From an uncultured Rhodospirillales bacterium (lineage in GTDB: Bacteria > Pseudomonadota > Alphaproteobacteria > CAAGCB01 > CAG-977): a stretch of 64,000 nucleotides of DNA. The stretch covers positions 9,362 through 73,361 of the forward strand of contig CACYSU010000005.1 in NCBI GenBank assembly GCA_902777205.1, read 5' to 3'. The notes beneath the pieces are model-generated. The model worked only from the letters and a program-made list of their open reading frames with translations, did not search any database and was not told where the DNA came from. Position numbers and translations under genes: made by a program. Below, one piece after another: positions 28,292 to 36,695 of this stretch (positions are counted from its first letter, which is position 1; every line of letters starts with the position of its first letter).

Positions 28292-28995
28292 TGCAGATCC
28301 GTCTTTTTATCGACCAGCCCCTGAATGTCGGGCGGACGGTCGCTTTGCCCGAAAACCAGATTCACTACCTGCGCAACGTTCTGCGCGTTCAAACGGGGGC
28401 GGAGCTGTTCGTTTTCAACGGCCGCGACGGCGAATTCGCCGCGGTGCTGTCGTCTTTGGGCAAAAAGGACGCGGAAATCCAGATTTGCCGCCGGCTGCGC
28501 GGACAGCCCGAACGGCGCGACGTGCGGCTGTACTTTTCCCCGCTGAAACGCGACTGCACGGAACTGGTGGTGGAAAAGGCGACGGAGCTGGGGGCGACGA
28601 CGATCGTTCCCGTCATCACGCAATACACCGCGATGAAACGCGTCAACACGGAACGCCTGCGCGCCGTGGCGTTGGAGGCGTGCGAACAATGCCGCCGTCT
28701 GGACGTGCCGGAAATCGGCGACCCCGTGACTTTGCCGGAGTTGCTGGCGGCGCAGGATGAAACGAAGCCCCTGCTGATTCATCTGGACGAAACGGGACGG
28801 GGGAAAAAGGCCGCGGAGCTGTTCGCGGGATTGGACGGCGCGGCTTTTCTGACAGGGCCGGAGGGCGGGTTTTCCGACGCCGAACGGTCGATGATCGCCA
28901 AAACGCCCCATACGGCGGGGCTGAATCTGGGCGAAAGGATTTTACGCGCCGAAACGGCTTCGATCGCCGCTTTGGCCTTGTTTATGTGCCGGTAA
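28291..28995 (+). CDS. rsmE: 16S rRNA (uracil1498-N3)-methyltransferase
   Basis: 234 aa. An N-terminal PUA-like domain and a SPOUT fold (LLTGPEGGFSDAE). Confidence 0.85.
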   Translation: MQIRLFIDQPLNVGRTVALPENQIHYLRNVLRVQTGAELFVFNGRDGEFAAVLSSLGKKDAEIQICRRLRGQPERRDVRLYFSPLKRDCTELVVEKATELGATTIVPVITQYTAMKRVNTERLRAVALEACEQCRRLDVPEIGDPVTLPELLAAQDETKPLLIHLDETGRGKKAAELFAGLDGAAFLTGPEGGFSDAERSMIAKTPHTAGLNLGERILRAETASIAALALFMCR

Positions 28996-29012
28996 TTTTT
29001 AGGATGAGAGAA

Positions 29013-29366
29013 ATGAAACACGAATGTCATTGTCACGAACACCACGAACATCACGAACACGACGGTCGCGAATGCCATTGTCACGGGCATCACGAACATC
29101 ATGACGGCGAATGTTGCTGCCATGACCGCGAAGACTATTCGGCGGTGGAGGAAATGTTCGGATTGAACGATTCCGTTCCCGAAGACGCGCTGTCCCTGCT
29201 GCAGCTGGAAATGAACGAATGTGACGATCTGGCGGAGCTGCTGGGCGTCGGACGCGATCCGGACGTGGACGACATTTTGCAGGAAGCGATCGGCGATTTG
29301 TCGGAAAAAAAGAAAAAGACGCTGATGAATCTGGCGATCATTCTGCACGATTACCTGCCGGATTAA
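29013..29366 (+). CDS. His/Cys-rich putative metal-binding small protein
   Basis: MKHECHCHEHHEHHEHDGRECHCHGHHEHHDGECCCHD, followed by an acidic helical C-terminus. AGGA sits 8 nt upstream. The reading frame overlaps the rsmE 3' end. The ORF track starts at a GTG at 28986. Confidence 0.55.
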   Translation: MKHECHCHEHHEHHEHDGRECHCHGHHEHHDGECCCHDREDYSAVEEMFGLNDSVPEDALSLLQLEMNECDDLAELLGVGRDPDVDDILQEAIGDLSEKKKKTLMNLAIILHDYLPD

Positions 29367-29392
29367 GGCGGGTTGCCGTGAATGAAAGAAAA

Positions 29393-29417
29393 GGCGGAAT
29401 TCCGTTTCCGCCTTTTT
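29393..29417. terminator. Bidirectional rho-independent terminator between the His/Cys-rich gene (+) and rnhA (-)
   Basis: Hairpin GGCGGAA-ttccgt-TTCCGCC followed by TTTTT, with an A-rich 5' flank. Confidence 0.5.
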
Positions 29418-29864
29418 CTATTTCAGCCGTTCGCGCAGGGATTCGATCGCCGCGCGCGCCAACAGGTCGCACCGTTCGTTTTCGGGGTGGCCGGCGTGGC
29501 CTTTCACCCAATGCCAACGCAGCGTGTGCTGTTTGTTCAAATGGTAGATTTCCTGCCATAAATCGCTGTTTTTGACGGGCTTTTTATCCGCCGTGCGCCA
29601 GCTGTTCGCGACCCACCCGCGCAGCCATTCGGTCGCGCCTTTCATCACATACTGGCTGTCCGTGTAAATGTCGGCTTCGCACGCCGTTTTCAACATTTTC
29701 AGCGCGTTGATCACCGCTTTCAATTCCATGCGGTTGTTCGTGGTGGCCTCTTCGCCGCCGTTGATTTCCTTTTCAACGTCTTTATAGCGCAAAACGGCCG
29801 CCCAGCCGCCCAATCCGGGGTTGCCGCTGCACGCGCCGTCCGTAAAAATTTCAATCCGTTTCAT
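29418..29864 (-). CDS. rnhA: Ribonuclease HI
   Basis: [25 protein letters not shown] ... TDSQYV ... [11 protein letters not shown]; 148 aa. The ORF-track 5' extension to 30008 has no RBS support. Confidence 0.9.
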   Translation of the reverse strand: MKRIEIFTDGACSGNPGLGGWAAVLRYKDVEKEINGGEEATTNNRMELKAVINALKMLKTACEADIYTDSQYVMKGATEWLRGWVANSWRTADKKPVKNSDLWQEIYHLNKQHTLRWHWVKGHAGHPENERCDLLARAAIESLRERLK

Positions 29865-29988
29865 GGCCGCTAATCTGGCACGTTTGAACCCGAATGTCGA
29901 GAAGATAAAACAGTCGGCGCATATCGGCTTGATTTTTCGGGGCGGGGATTGATATGATTGCAAAAAAAAACGACGGACGGGGCGGACG

Positions 29989-30873
29989 ATGGCTTTTCCT
30001 TTTTTCACTTGCGGCGGGATGTTCTATTGGATCGACCGGTACGGTTACGCCGGTTGGCGGATTCAGGAATCCATGTGGACGAAGCGGTTCCGTCTGCTTG
30101 ATCCGTTCAACATCCGGCGCGGTTCCGGCTCGTTCGAGCTGTGCTATGACACGATGCAGTATTATTTGCGCACGTGGGAAGTCGCGCCCGTTCCCAAAAA
30201 GGCGGCCGTCATCATTCACGGCCTGTTTCAGCGTCCCGCGAATTATGAAAAAATGGCGCGCGTCCTGTCGAAAAACTATGAACCGATAATTTTCAGCTAT
30301 CCGACCCTGCGATTCGATTTGATGAAATCGGCGCGCGCGCTGAACGCCTTTTTGGATAAAAGACAGGATGTCGCGCAATTCTGTTTCGTCGTTTACGGCA
30401 TGGGCGGGCTGATTTTGCGCCAAGCGATCGAAATGAACCCGCAATGGCTGGAAAAAATCGGGCGCAGCGTGTTTCTGGGCGTGCCGAATCACGGCTACGG
30501 CTGGGCGGAAAAATGGAAAGGCAAGTGGTGGTACAAACTGCTGCTGGGCAAGGCGGGGGAAAACATCCTGCCCGCGACGGCGGAAAAGCTGTTCCCCATG
30601 CACGGCGAATTCGGCGTGATCATGGGCGGCAAGGACGACGCCAAGGGAATCCTGCCGTGGTTCAAACAGGACAACGATGGCATCCTGACGGTCGAATCGG
30701 CCAAACAGGACGGCGCCAAAGAAGAATATCTGGCTTTGGGCAAAACGCATTTCGCCCTGCATCGGGACGACAAGCTTTTAAATATGACGCTGAGCTTTTT
30801 AAACACGGGACGGTTCGGCCGCGGCCAGCGCGTGCGCAAAGAACAGAGCTACACCAGTTTGTGGGAAAGCTAG
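29989..30873 (+). CDS. Alpha/beta-hydrolase-fold protein (lipase/esterase-like, GxGxG nucleophile elbow)
   Basis: [10 protein letters not shown] ... [10 protein letters not shown] (a G-x-nucleophile-x-G-like elbow) ... GILTVESA. The start is uncertain. A different frame at 29954 encodes a lipobox-like LAAGCS but then degenerates. Confidence 0.55.
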   Translation: MAFPFFTCGGMFYWIDRYGYAGWRIQESMWTKRFRLLDPFNIRRGSGSFELCYDTMQYYLRTWEVAPVPKKAAVIIHGLFQRPANYEKMARVLSKNYEPIIFSYPTLRFDLMKSARALNAFLDKRQDVAQFCFVVYGMGGLILRQAIEMNPQWLEKIGRSVFLGVPNHGYGWAEKWKGKWWYKLLLGKAGENILPATAEKLFPMHGEFGVIMGGKDDAKGILPWFKQDNDGILTVESAKQDGAKEEYLALGKTHFALHRDDKLLNMTLSFLNTGRFGRGQRVRKEQSYTSLWES

Positions 30874-31670
30874 GCTTTTTTGCCGCGTTCCATATTTTTG
30901 GCCTCGACCCACAAATCTTCCATTTCCTCCAGCGTCGTTTGGTCGAACGGCTGGCGGCGTTTGGTCAGCGTTTCCTCGATATGGGAAAAGCGGCGCTCGA
31001 ATTTGGCGTTGGTGCGCTTTAACGCCTTTTCCGGTTCGATTTTCAATTTTCTGGCCAGATTGACGCACGCGAACAACAGGTCGCCCATTTCGTCCTCGCG
31101 TTCCGATTCATGATCCTTTTGCGCGATTTCGGCGCGCAGTTCGCCGCTTTCCTCGACGATCTTGTCCAGCACCAGATCGGGTTTGTCCCAATCGAATCCG
31201 ACGGTCGCCGCGCGCGCCTGCAACTTATAGGCGCGGGTCGTCGCGGGCAGGGCTTTGGCGATGCCGGACAGGACGCCGGTCTGGTGGTGTTCGGCGCGTT
31301 CGGCCTTTTTGATCTTTTCCCAATCGGGCGGCGTTTTGTCCGTGCCGAAAATGTGCGGGTGGCGGCGGATCATTTTGTCGCAAATGGTGCGCACAACGTC
31401 GGAAAAGTCAAACGCGCCGCGTTCCTGCGCGATGCGGCTGTAAAAAACGATGTGCAGCAGCAAATCGCCCAGCTCTTCGCGCAAAGCGTCCATGTCGTCG
31501 TTCTGCGCGGCGTCGTAAACTTCGTAAGCCTCCTCCAGCGTGTAATCGGAAATGCTTTGGACGGTTTGCACCCTGTCCCATTCGCACCCGTTTTCGGGGT
31601 TGCGCAGGCGCACCATGATGTTCAGCAATTCGTCAACGGAAGCCTTTTCCTTTTCAGCCATTCGATTCAT
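30870..31670 (-). CDS. mazG: Nucleoside triphosphate pyrophosphohydrolase MazG
   Basis: Two MazG domains (EEAYEVYDA...ELGDLLL and EESGELRAEI...EMGDLLF). Confidence 0.9.
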   Translation of the reverse strand: MNRMAEKEKASVDELLNIMVRLRNPENGCEWDRVQTVQSISDYTLEEAYEVYDAAQNDDMDALREELGDLLLHIVFYSRIAQERGAFDFSDVVRTICDKMIRRHPHIFGTDKTPPDWEKIKKAERAEHHQTGVLSGIAKALPATTRAYKLQARAATVGFDWDKPDLVLDKIVEESGELRAEIAQKDHESEREDEMGDLLFACVNLARKLKIEPEKALKRTNAKFERRFSHIEETLTKRRQPFDQTTLEEMEDLWVEAKNMERGKKA

Positions 31671-32004
31671 ACTCCTGTCAGATGTCCGCCGTCACTCTAT
31701 ATATAAAGAGGGGAGGCCGCTGGCAACAGTTTTTAACGGACGACTCAAGTTCTTTTGTCTATTTTGCGGACGTTCACGGGATTTTATTGCGCATTTTCGG
31801 AAAAAGACGGGGCGGAAAGCGGGCGGACGGCGGCGGGCGGAACCATTTTTAAAAGCGCACAACATATTGAAAAGTAATTATTTTTATCATTTTTATGGCA
31901 GGTTGTTCAAAAAAAATGCGTTTCTGGACAAAATGTGCTTGAAAAAAGCGGGAAGCTCCGCTATAAAAAATGTAAATGAAGTTTTTGTAGAAGTGAGGTT
32001 CTAA

Positions 32005-33039
32005 ATGAGCGAAAAGAAACCCGTCAATTTGATCGTCAGCGACATCGACAACACGATCTCCGACTATTTCAACAACTGGGGTTTGGCTTGGGACAAGGGT
32101 ATCGGCGAACTGGCCGCCAGCCGCGGCATGGAAAAAGACGCCCTGTACGCGGACATTCGCGAAAACGCGGACGGTTATGCCCGTTTCCATAACTTCCACG
32201 ACCTGTTGAAGGAAACCCCGTCCCTGAGTTTGGAAGGAAAATCGCCCGAAGAACGCAAACGTTTAGAAAAATCCGACGCGCAGATCTGCCACAACGTGGC
32301 CAAACAGTACCACGAAGGCAACAAATTGTACGAAGGCGTCATCGCCACGGTTCGCAAGGCCAAAGCCGCCGGCGCCCAGTTCGTTCTGTACACGGATTCG
32401 CCCGCTTCCGGCGCCATCGCCCGTATGGCCGACATGAACTTCCCCATCGACCTGGTTGACGGATTGGTTTGCCGCGCCGACGGAACGACCGAAACGGTTG
32501 ACGGCAAGGTCCAGTTCAAAAAAGCCCCCCTGCAGGTGACGGGCGGCCGTTACGACGGTTACCGCGATCAGTTGGTTGCGAAACTGGGCGACAAGCTGGT
32601 CATGAACGCCGGCGACGTTTGGAAACCCAACATGGGCGTGATGCAGTCGATCATGGACCGTCACGGCGCCAAGGCCGAAGAAACCGTCATGGTCGGCGAC
32701 AACATCAAATCCGACGGCGGCGCCGTCCGTTTGGGGTGTCATTTCGCTTGGCAGAAGGAAGGTTCCGAAGTCTGCGCCGAAGCGCAAACCATGTATTCCA
32801 AGATCAACGAAATGTCCGATTACAAGGTCGGTTCCAAAGCGCACTTGGATATGCTGGCGAAAATGTCCGCCGCCGATCCGAAACTGGGTCAGCAGTACAA
32901 GGACAAAATGGTCACTTTGGAAGGCGGATTCAAGGATTTGAACAAATACTTCCGCTTCCAGTCCGCGGAAAAATCCAAAGACCAGTCCAAAGCGATGGTT
33001 ATGGCTTCCGCTCTGCGCGCGAAACAGGCCGGCCGCTGA
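32005..33039 (+). CDS. HAD-superfamily hydrolase with a long C-terminal extension (paralog B)
   Basis: MSEKKPVNLIVSDIDNTISD, FVLYTDS, VWKPNMG and MVGDNIKSDG. It is colinear with the 4005-4994 protein, including the Ala/Lys-rich tail. The RBS is GAGG. Confidence 0.7.
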   Translation: MSEKKPVNLIVSDIDNTISDYFNNWGLAWDKGIGELAASRGMEKDALYADIRENADGYARFHNFHDLLKETPSLSLEGKSPEERKRLEKSDAQICHNVAKQYHEGNKLYEGVIATVRKAKAAGAQFVLYTDSPASGAIARMADMNFPIDLVDGLVCRADGTTETVDGKVQFKKAPLQVTGGRYDGYRDQLVAKLGDKLVMNAGDVWKPNMGVMQSIMDRHGAKAEETVMVGDNIKSDGGAVRLGCHFAWQKEGSEVCAEAQTMYSKINEMSDYKVGSKAHLDMLAKMSAADPKLGQQYKDKMVTLEGGFKDLNKYFRFQSAEKSKDQSKAMVMASALRAKQAGR

Positions 33040-33226
33040 GCAGGTTTGACACCGATCAAAAGCACCGTTTCGCGACGGTGCTTTTTTATTGCCGGAAATA
33101 TATGATTTTAATGAAAAAACAGCCTTTTTCCGGCGATTTTTTTTCTTAACGGATGCTTGACAGACGCGACGGAAACTTGCAATCTATATAAAAAGTATCA
33201 GCTTCGTTTGATGAAAGGAATCAGCT

Positions 33227-33589
33227 TTGTCTAACCAATATACGGAAGAAAACCTTATCCGTGCCGCGTCGTTCCTGCCGTCCCCGCAAGACAGGGAACA
33301 GGAAAAGGCCGATTTGTCGGCGTCTGCCGATCCGCTGTCGGCACTGCTGTATTCCGACGACCGCGAAACCGTTTTATACGGCATTTTCGGGGATCTGCCC
33401 GATTACGACAATCCTGACATGGAAACCCTGTGGGACGAAGTGCTGGATTCCGATCCGGAGGATGTGTACGAATATTGTTTCCGAAAAGGGGTCGATCTGT
33501 TTCAGGACGACGGGAAGCCCGTCGCCGGATGGCGCGACATCGCCGTGATGTTGAAAGCCATTGAAAAAGGAATTTTGCAATTAGCTTGA
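33227..33589 (+). CDS. Hypothetical acidic protein
   Basis: 120 aa, Asp/Glu-rich (DLPDYDNPDMETLWDEVLDSDPEDVYEY). I recognise no domain. Confidence 0.4.
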   Translation: MSNQYTEENLIRAASFLPSPQDREQEKADLSASADPLSALLYSDDRETVLYGIFGDLPDYDNPDMETLWDEVLDSDPEDVYEYCFRKGVDLFQDDGKPVAGWRDIAVMLKAIEKGILQLA

Positions 33590-33605
33590 TAAAAAGGAAC
33601 GGACG

Positions 33606-34274
33606 ATGCCCGACCAGCCCGCAGCCAAGGACGGCAAAAAAACAACGCTGATGGCGCGTTTGCGCAATTATTTCCTGACGGGGCTGTTGGTGACGGCGCC
33701 GCCCGCTTTGACGATTTATCTGGCCGTGCTGTTCGTCAATTTCGTCGATACGCGCGTGCGGCATTTGATTCCGGACGAATACAACCCCGAACAGTACCTG
33801 CCGTTCGCCATCCCCGGATTGGGGGTCGTGACGGTGATTTTCGTCCTGATCGTTCTGGGGGCGTTCACGACGGGGTATCTGGGGCGTTTGCTGGTGCGCG
33901 TCTGGGAACGGATGTGGGAGAAAATGCCCTTTGTTTCCGGCATTTATTCAACGTTCAAGCAACTGTTTGAAACGGTCTTTTCCCAAAAATCGAACGCGTT
34001 CCGTCAGGTTGTCATGGTCGAATTCCCCCGCAAAGGCGCGTGGACGGTGGCGTTCGTGACCTCTGACGTGCCCGCCGATCTGGCCGCCGCTTTGAACGAC
34101 AACGATCTGATTTCCGTTTATGTGCCGACCACGCCGAACCCGACATCCGGATATTGGAGCCTGTATCGCAAAAGCGAAGTCGTGCCGTTGGACATTTCCG
34201 TCGAAGACGGCTTGAAAATGGTGATTTCTTTGGGTATTGTCGCTAAAAAGAAAAACACCGACGACGATTTTTAA
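33606..34274 (+). CDS. DUF502-family membrane protein
   Basis: The N-terminal TM pair (LLVTAPPALTIYLAVLFVNFVD), the IPGLGVVTVIFVLIVLG block, then VYVPTTPNPTSGY. This matches the conserved DUF502/COG2928 layout. Confidence 0.65.
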   Translation: MPDQPAAKDGKKTTLMARLRNYFLTGLLVTAPPALTIYLAVLFVNFVDTRVRHLIPDEYNPEQYLPFAIPGLGVVTVIFVLIVLGAFTTGYLGRLLVRVWERMWEKMPFVSGIYSTFKQLFETVFSQKSNAFRQVVMVEFPRKGAWTVAFVTSDVPADLAAALNDNDLISVYVPTTPNPTSGYWSLYRKSEVVPLDISVEDGLKMVISLGIVAKKKNTDDDF

Positions 34275-34289
34275 CCAACCGAGGCTTTT

Positions 34290-35867
34290 ATGACTTTTTT
34301 AGCTGAGCAGACGGCTCATCGCAGGACGTTTGCGATCATTTCCCACCCTGACGCCGGTAAAACGACGCTGACCGAAAAGCTGCTGCTGTTCGGGGGAGCG
34401 ATTCAAATGGCCGGCGCGGTCAAAGCGCGCGGGGAACAGCGCCGCGCCCGTTCCGACTGGATGAAAGTCGAACGCGAACGCGGCATTTCCGTCGCGTCGT
34501 CCGTGATGACGTATGAATACAAAGGATGCACGTTCAACCTGCTGGACACGCCGGGGCACGAAGATTTTTCCGAGGACACCTACCGCGTCTTGACCGCGGT
34601 CGATTCCGCCGTCATGGTGATCGACGCCGCCAAGGGCATCGAGGAACGGACGCGCAAGCTGTTTGAGATTTGCCGTTTGCGCGATGTGCCGATCATCACG
34701 TTCATCAACAAAATGGACCGCGATTCCCAAGACCCGTTCGCCCTGCTGTCCGAAATCGAAGACACGCTGGCGCTGGAAGTCGCACCGGTGACTTGGCCGA
34801 TCGGATCGGGCAGGGATTTCAAAGGGTGCTATGACCTGTTGAACGACCGGCTGGTTCTGATGGAACGCGGCGCGACCGCCGAAGCCGAGGTTTGCAACGG
34901 ATTGGATGATAAAAAGCTGGACGAGTTACTGCCCGCCGATCTGGTCGCCAAATTGCGCGAAGATGTCGAAATGGTGCGCGGCGTGTGTCCCGCTTTCGAC
35001 CGGCAGGCGTATTTGGAAGGCATCCAGACGCCCGTGTTTTTCGGTTCCGCCGTCAACAATTTCGGCGTGCGGGAATTGATCGACGGGCTGGTCGCCTACG
35101 CGCCGTCGCCGCGGCCGCAGCCCGCCGTTTCGCGCAAAATCGAACCGACGGAGGACAAGGTCACGGGGTTCGTGTTCAAAATCCAAGCGAACATGGATCC
35201 GAAACACCGCGACCGCATCGCTTTCGTGCGCCTGTGTTCGGGGCATTTCCAGCGCGGGATGAAGCTGCTGCACGTGCGCAGCGGCAAATACCTGCCGATG
35301 CACAATCCGATCATGTTTTTGGCGCAGGAACGCGAATTGGCGGACGAAGCCGTTCCGGGGGACATCATCGGTCTGCCCAACCACGGCAACCTGCGCATCG
35401 GCGACGCGCTGACCGAAGGCGAACAGCTGACGTTCACGGGCATTCCGTCGTTCGCACCGGAATTGCTGCAAAAAATCCGCTCGTCCGATCCGCTGAAGGC
35501 CAAGCATTTGGGCAAGGCTTTGCAGCAAATCGCCGAAGAGGGCGGGGCGAGCGTGTTCAAACCGACCATGGGGACGGATTGGATCGTCGGCGTCGTCGGC
35601 GCGCTGCAATTTGACGTTTTGGCCGACCGCATCCGTACGGAATACGAAATCCCCGTCATTTTTGAACCGACCAGCCTCTATACGGCGCGCTGGGTCAAGG
35701 CGGAAACGAACGCGGACATGGAAAGCTTCGTCAACGCCAACCGCGCCGCCATGGCGACGGATCACGACGGCGAATGGGTTTTTCTGGCGCGCAACGCGTG
35801 GCATTTGAACAAAGCCAAAGAGGATTTTCCCAAAATCAAACTGTTGGAAACCCGACAGAACGCCTGA
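34290..35867 (+). CDS. prfC: Peptide chain release factor 3
   Basis: RTFAIISHPDAGKTTLTEKLL, DTPGHEDF and NKMD GTPase motifs. It is 525 aa. Confidence 0.95.
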   Translation: MTFLAEQTAHRRTFAIISHPDAGKTTLTEKLLLFGGAIQMAGAVKARGEQRRARSDWMKVERERGISVASSVMTYEYKGCTFNLLDTPGHEDFSEDTYRVLTAVDSAVMVIDAAKGIEERTRKLFEICRLRDVPIITFINKMDRDSQDPFALLSEIEDTLALEVAPVTWPIGSGRDFKGCYDLLNDRLVLMERGATAEAEVCNGLDDKKLDELLPADLVAKLREDVEMVRGVCPAFDRQAYLEGIQTPVFFGSAVNNFGVRELIDGLVAYAPSPRPQPAVSRKIEPTEDKVTGFVFKIQANMDPKHRDRIAFVRLCSGHFQRGMKLLHVRSGKYLPMHNPIMFLAQERELADEAVPGDIIGLPNHGNLRIGDALTEGEQLTFTGIPSFAPELLQKIRSSDPLKAKHLGKALQQIAEEGGASVFKPTMGTDWIVGVVGALQFDVLADRIRTEYEIPVIFEPTSLYTARWVKAETNADMESFVNANRAAMATDHDGEWVFLARNAWHLNKAKEDFPKIKLLETRQNA

Positions 35868-35871
35868 TGCG

Positions 35872-35898
35872 AAAACCCCGTCGGCCGGCGGGGTTTTT
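35872..35898. terminator. Bidirectional rho-independent terminator (prfC / ankyrin gene)
   Basis: AAAACCCCG-tcggccgg-CGGGGTTTTT. Confidence 0.55.
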
Positions 35899-35918
35899 CA
35901 TTGTTCAATCGTCCATAT

Positions 35919-36407
35919 TTAATCGTCGTCGTCCGGTTCCGGCGGCCGGTATCCCTTGAACAGGATCTCGACTTCGGAACCTTGCAAAGCGGGATTGCGG
36001 TTGAAATAGTCGTAGGCGGTTTTGCCGAACACGTCGCGGATGTTCTGATCGGCGCCGTTGTTCAGCAGGGTGCGGACGATATCGGGGTTTTTGGTGAATT
36101 TGACAGCGAAGAACAAAGCCGTTTCGCCGGTGTCCCGTTTGCGCGCGTTCGGATCCATGCCGCCGTTGATCAGCGCGCCGATGACGGCCGGATGCGGGTT
36201 GTGCATGGCGGCCAGCATCAACGCGTCGCGCCCCTGATCGTCAAGGGCGGCGATGTCCGCGCCGTGTTGGATCAGCGTTGAAATCAGGTATTCCTCGGCC
36301 GTTTCGTTGACGACGGCTTGCGTCAACGGCGTGAACCCTTCGGTTTCGAGGGCTGACGCCGGAACGGCCGTTATCGCGGTCAGGAAAAGGGCAAGCCAAG
36401 CTTTCAT
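35919..36407 (-). CDS. Secreted ankyrin-repeat protein
   Basis: Signal peptide MKAWLALFLTAITAVPASA, followed by about 3 ANK repeats (GRDALMLAAMHNPHPAVIGALINGGMDPNARKRDTGETALFFAVKFTKNPDIVRTLLNNGAD). Confidence 0.7.
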   Translation of the reverse strand: MKAWLALFLTAITAVPASALETEGFTPLTQAVVNETAEEYLISTLIQHGADIAALDDQGRDALMLAAMHNPHPAVIGALINGGMDPNARKRDTGETALFFAVKFTKNPDIVRTLLNNGADQNIRDVFGKTAYDYFNRNPALQGSEVEILFKGYRPPEPDDDD

Positions 36408-36420
36408 TCAAAAACACCTA

Positions 36421-36445
36421 ACAAAAAAGCCCGTCATACGCGGGC
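36421..36445 (-). terminator. Rho-independent terminator of rpmG
   Basis: On the minus strand: GCCCG-cguauga-CGGGC followed by UUUUUUG. Confidence 0.5.
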
Positions 36446-36468
36446 TTTCTGTCTGTTGAACACGGCGA

Positions 36469-36636
36469 TCAACGCATTTTCGTTTCTTTGAAAACGACGT
36501 GTTTGCGCGCTTTCGGATCGTACTTTTTCAACTGAAGCTTTTCCGTTTTCGTACGCGGATTTTTCTTCGTCGTATAGAAGTATCCCGTTCCGGCCGTGCT
36601 TTCCAGCTTAATTTGCAATGTAGCGGGTTTTGCCAT
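36469..36636 (-). CDS. rpmG: 50S ribosomal protein L33
   Basis: [55 protein letters not shown]; 55 aa. The ORF-track start at 36675 is an upstream extension. Confidence 0.9.
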   Translation of the reverse strand: MAKPATLQIKLESTAGTGYFYTTKKNPRTKTEKLQLKKYDPKARKHVVFKETKMR

Positions 36637-36695
36637 GACAAACCATTCCCTTAATAAATCAAAAACGATATCCAAAAAATACGCTGTTTTTCAGT

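Noticed and set aside
29950-30010. Apparent mismatch between the ORF track and my reading of the sequence: the translations imply T6 where I read T7 near 30001, and start coordinates differ by +1 around 29953-29990.
   Set aside because: This is most likely my own miscount of a homopolymer in the printed sequence. Track coordinates were used for affected genes. It is flagged only as a caution for the alpha/beta hydrolase start.
29954-30289. Lipobox-containing ORF ([11 protein letters not shown]) upstream of and out of frame with the alpha/beta hydrolase. It suggested a frameshifted lipoprotein.
   Set aside because: After the lipobox the frame becomes a Ser/Arg/Cys-rich low-complexity sequence with no similarity, whereas the overlapping frame encodes a coherent hydrolase fold. 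It is probably a chance ORF. It is mentioned under the hydrolase feature as an uncertainty.
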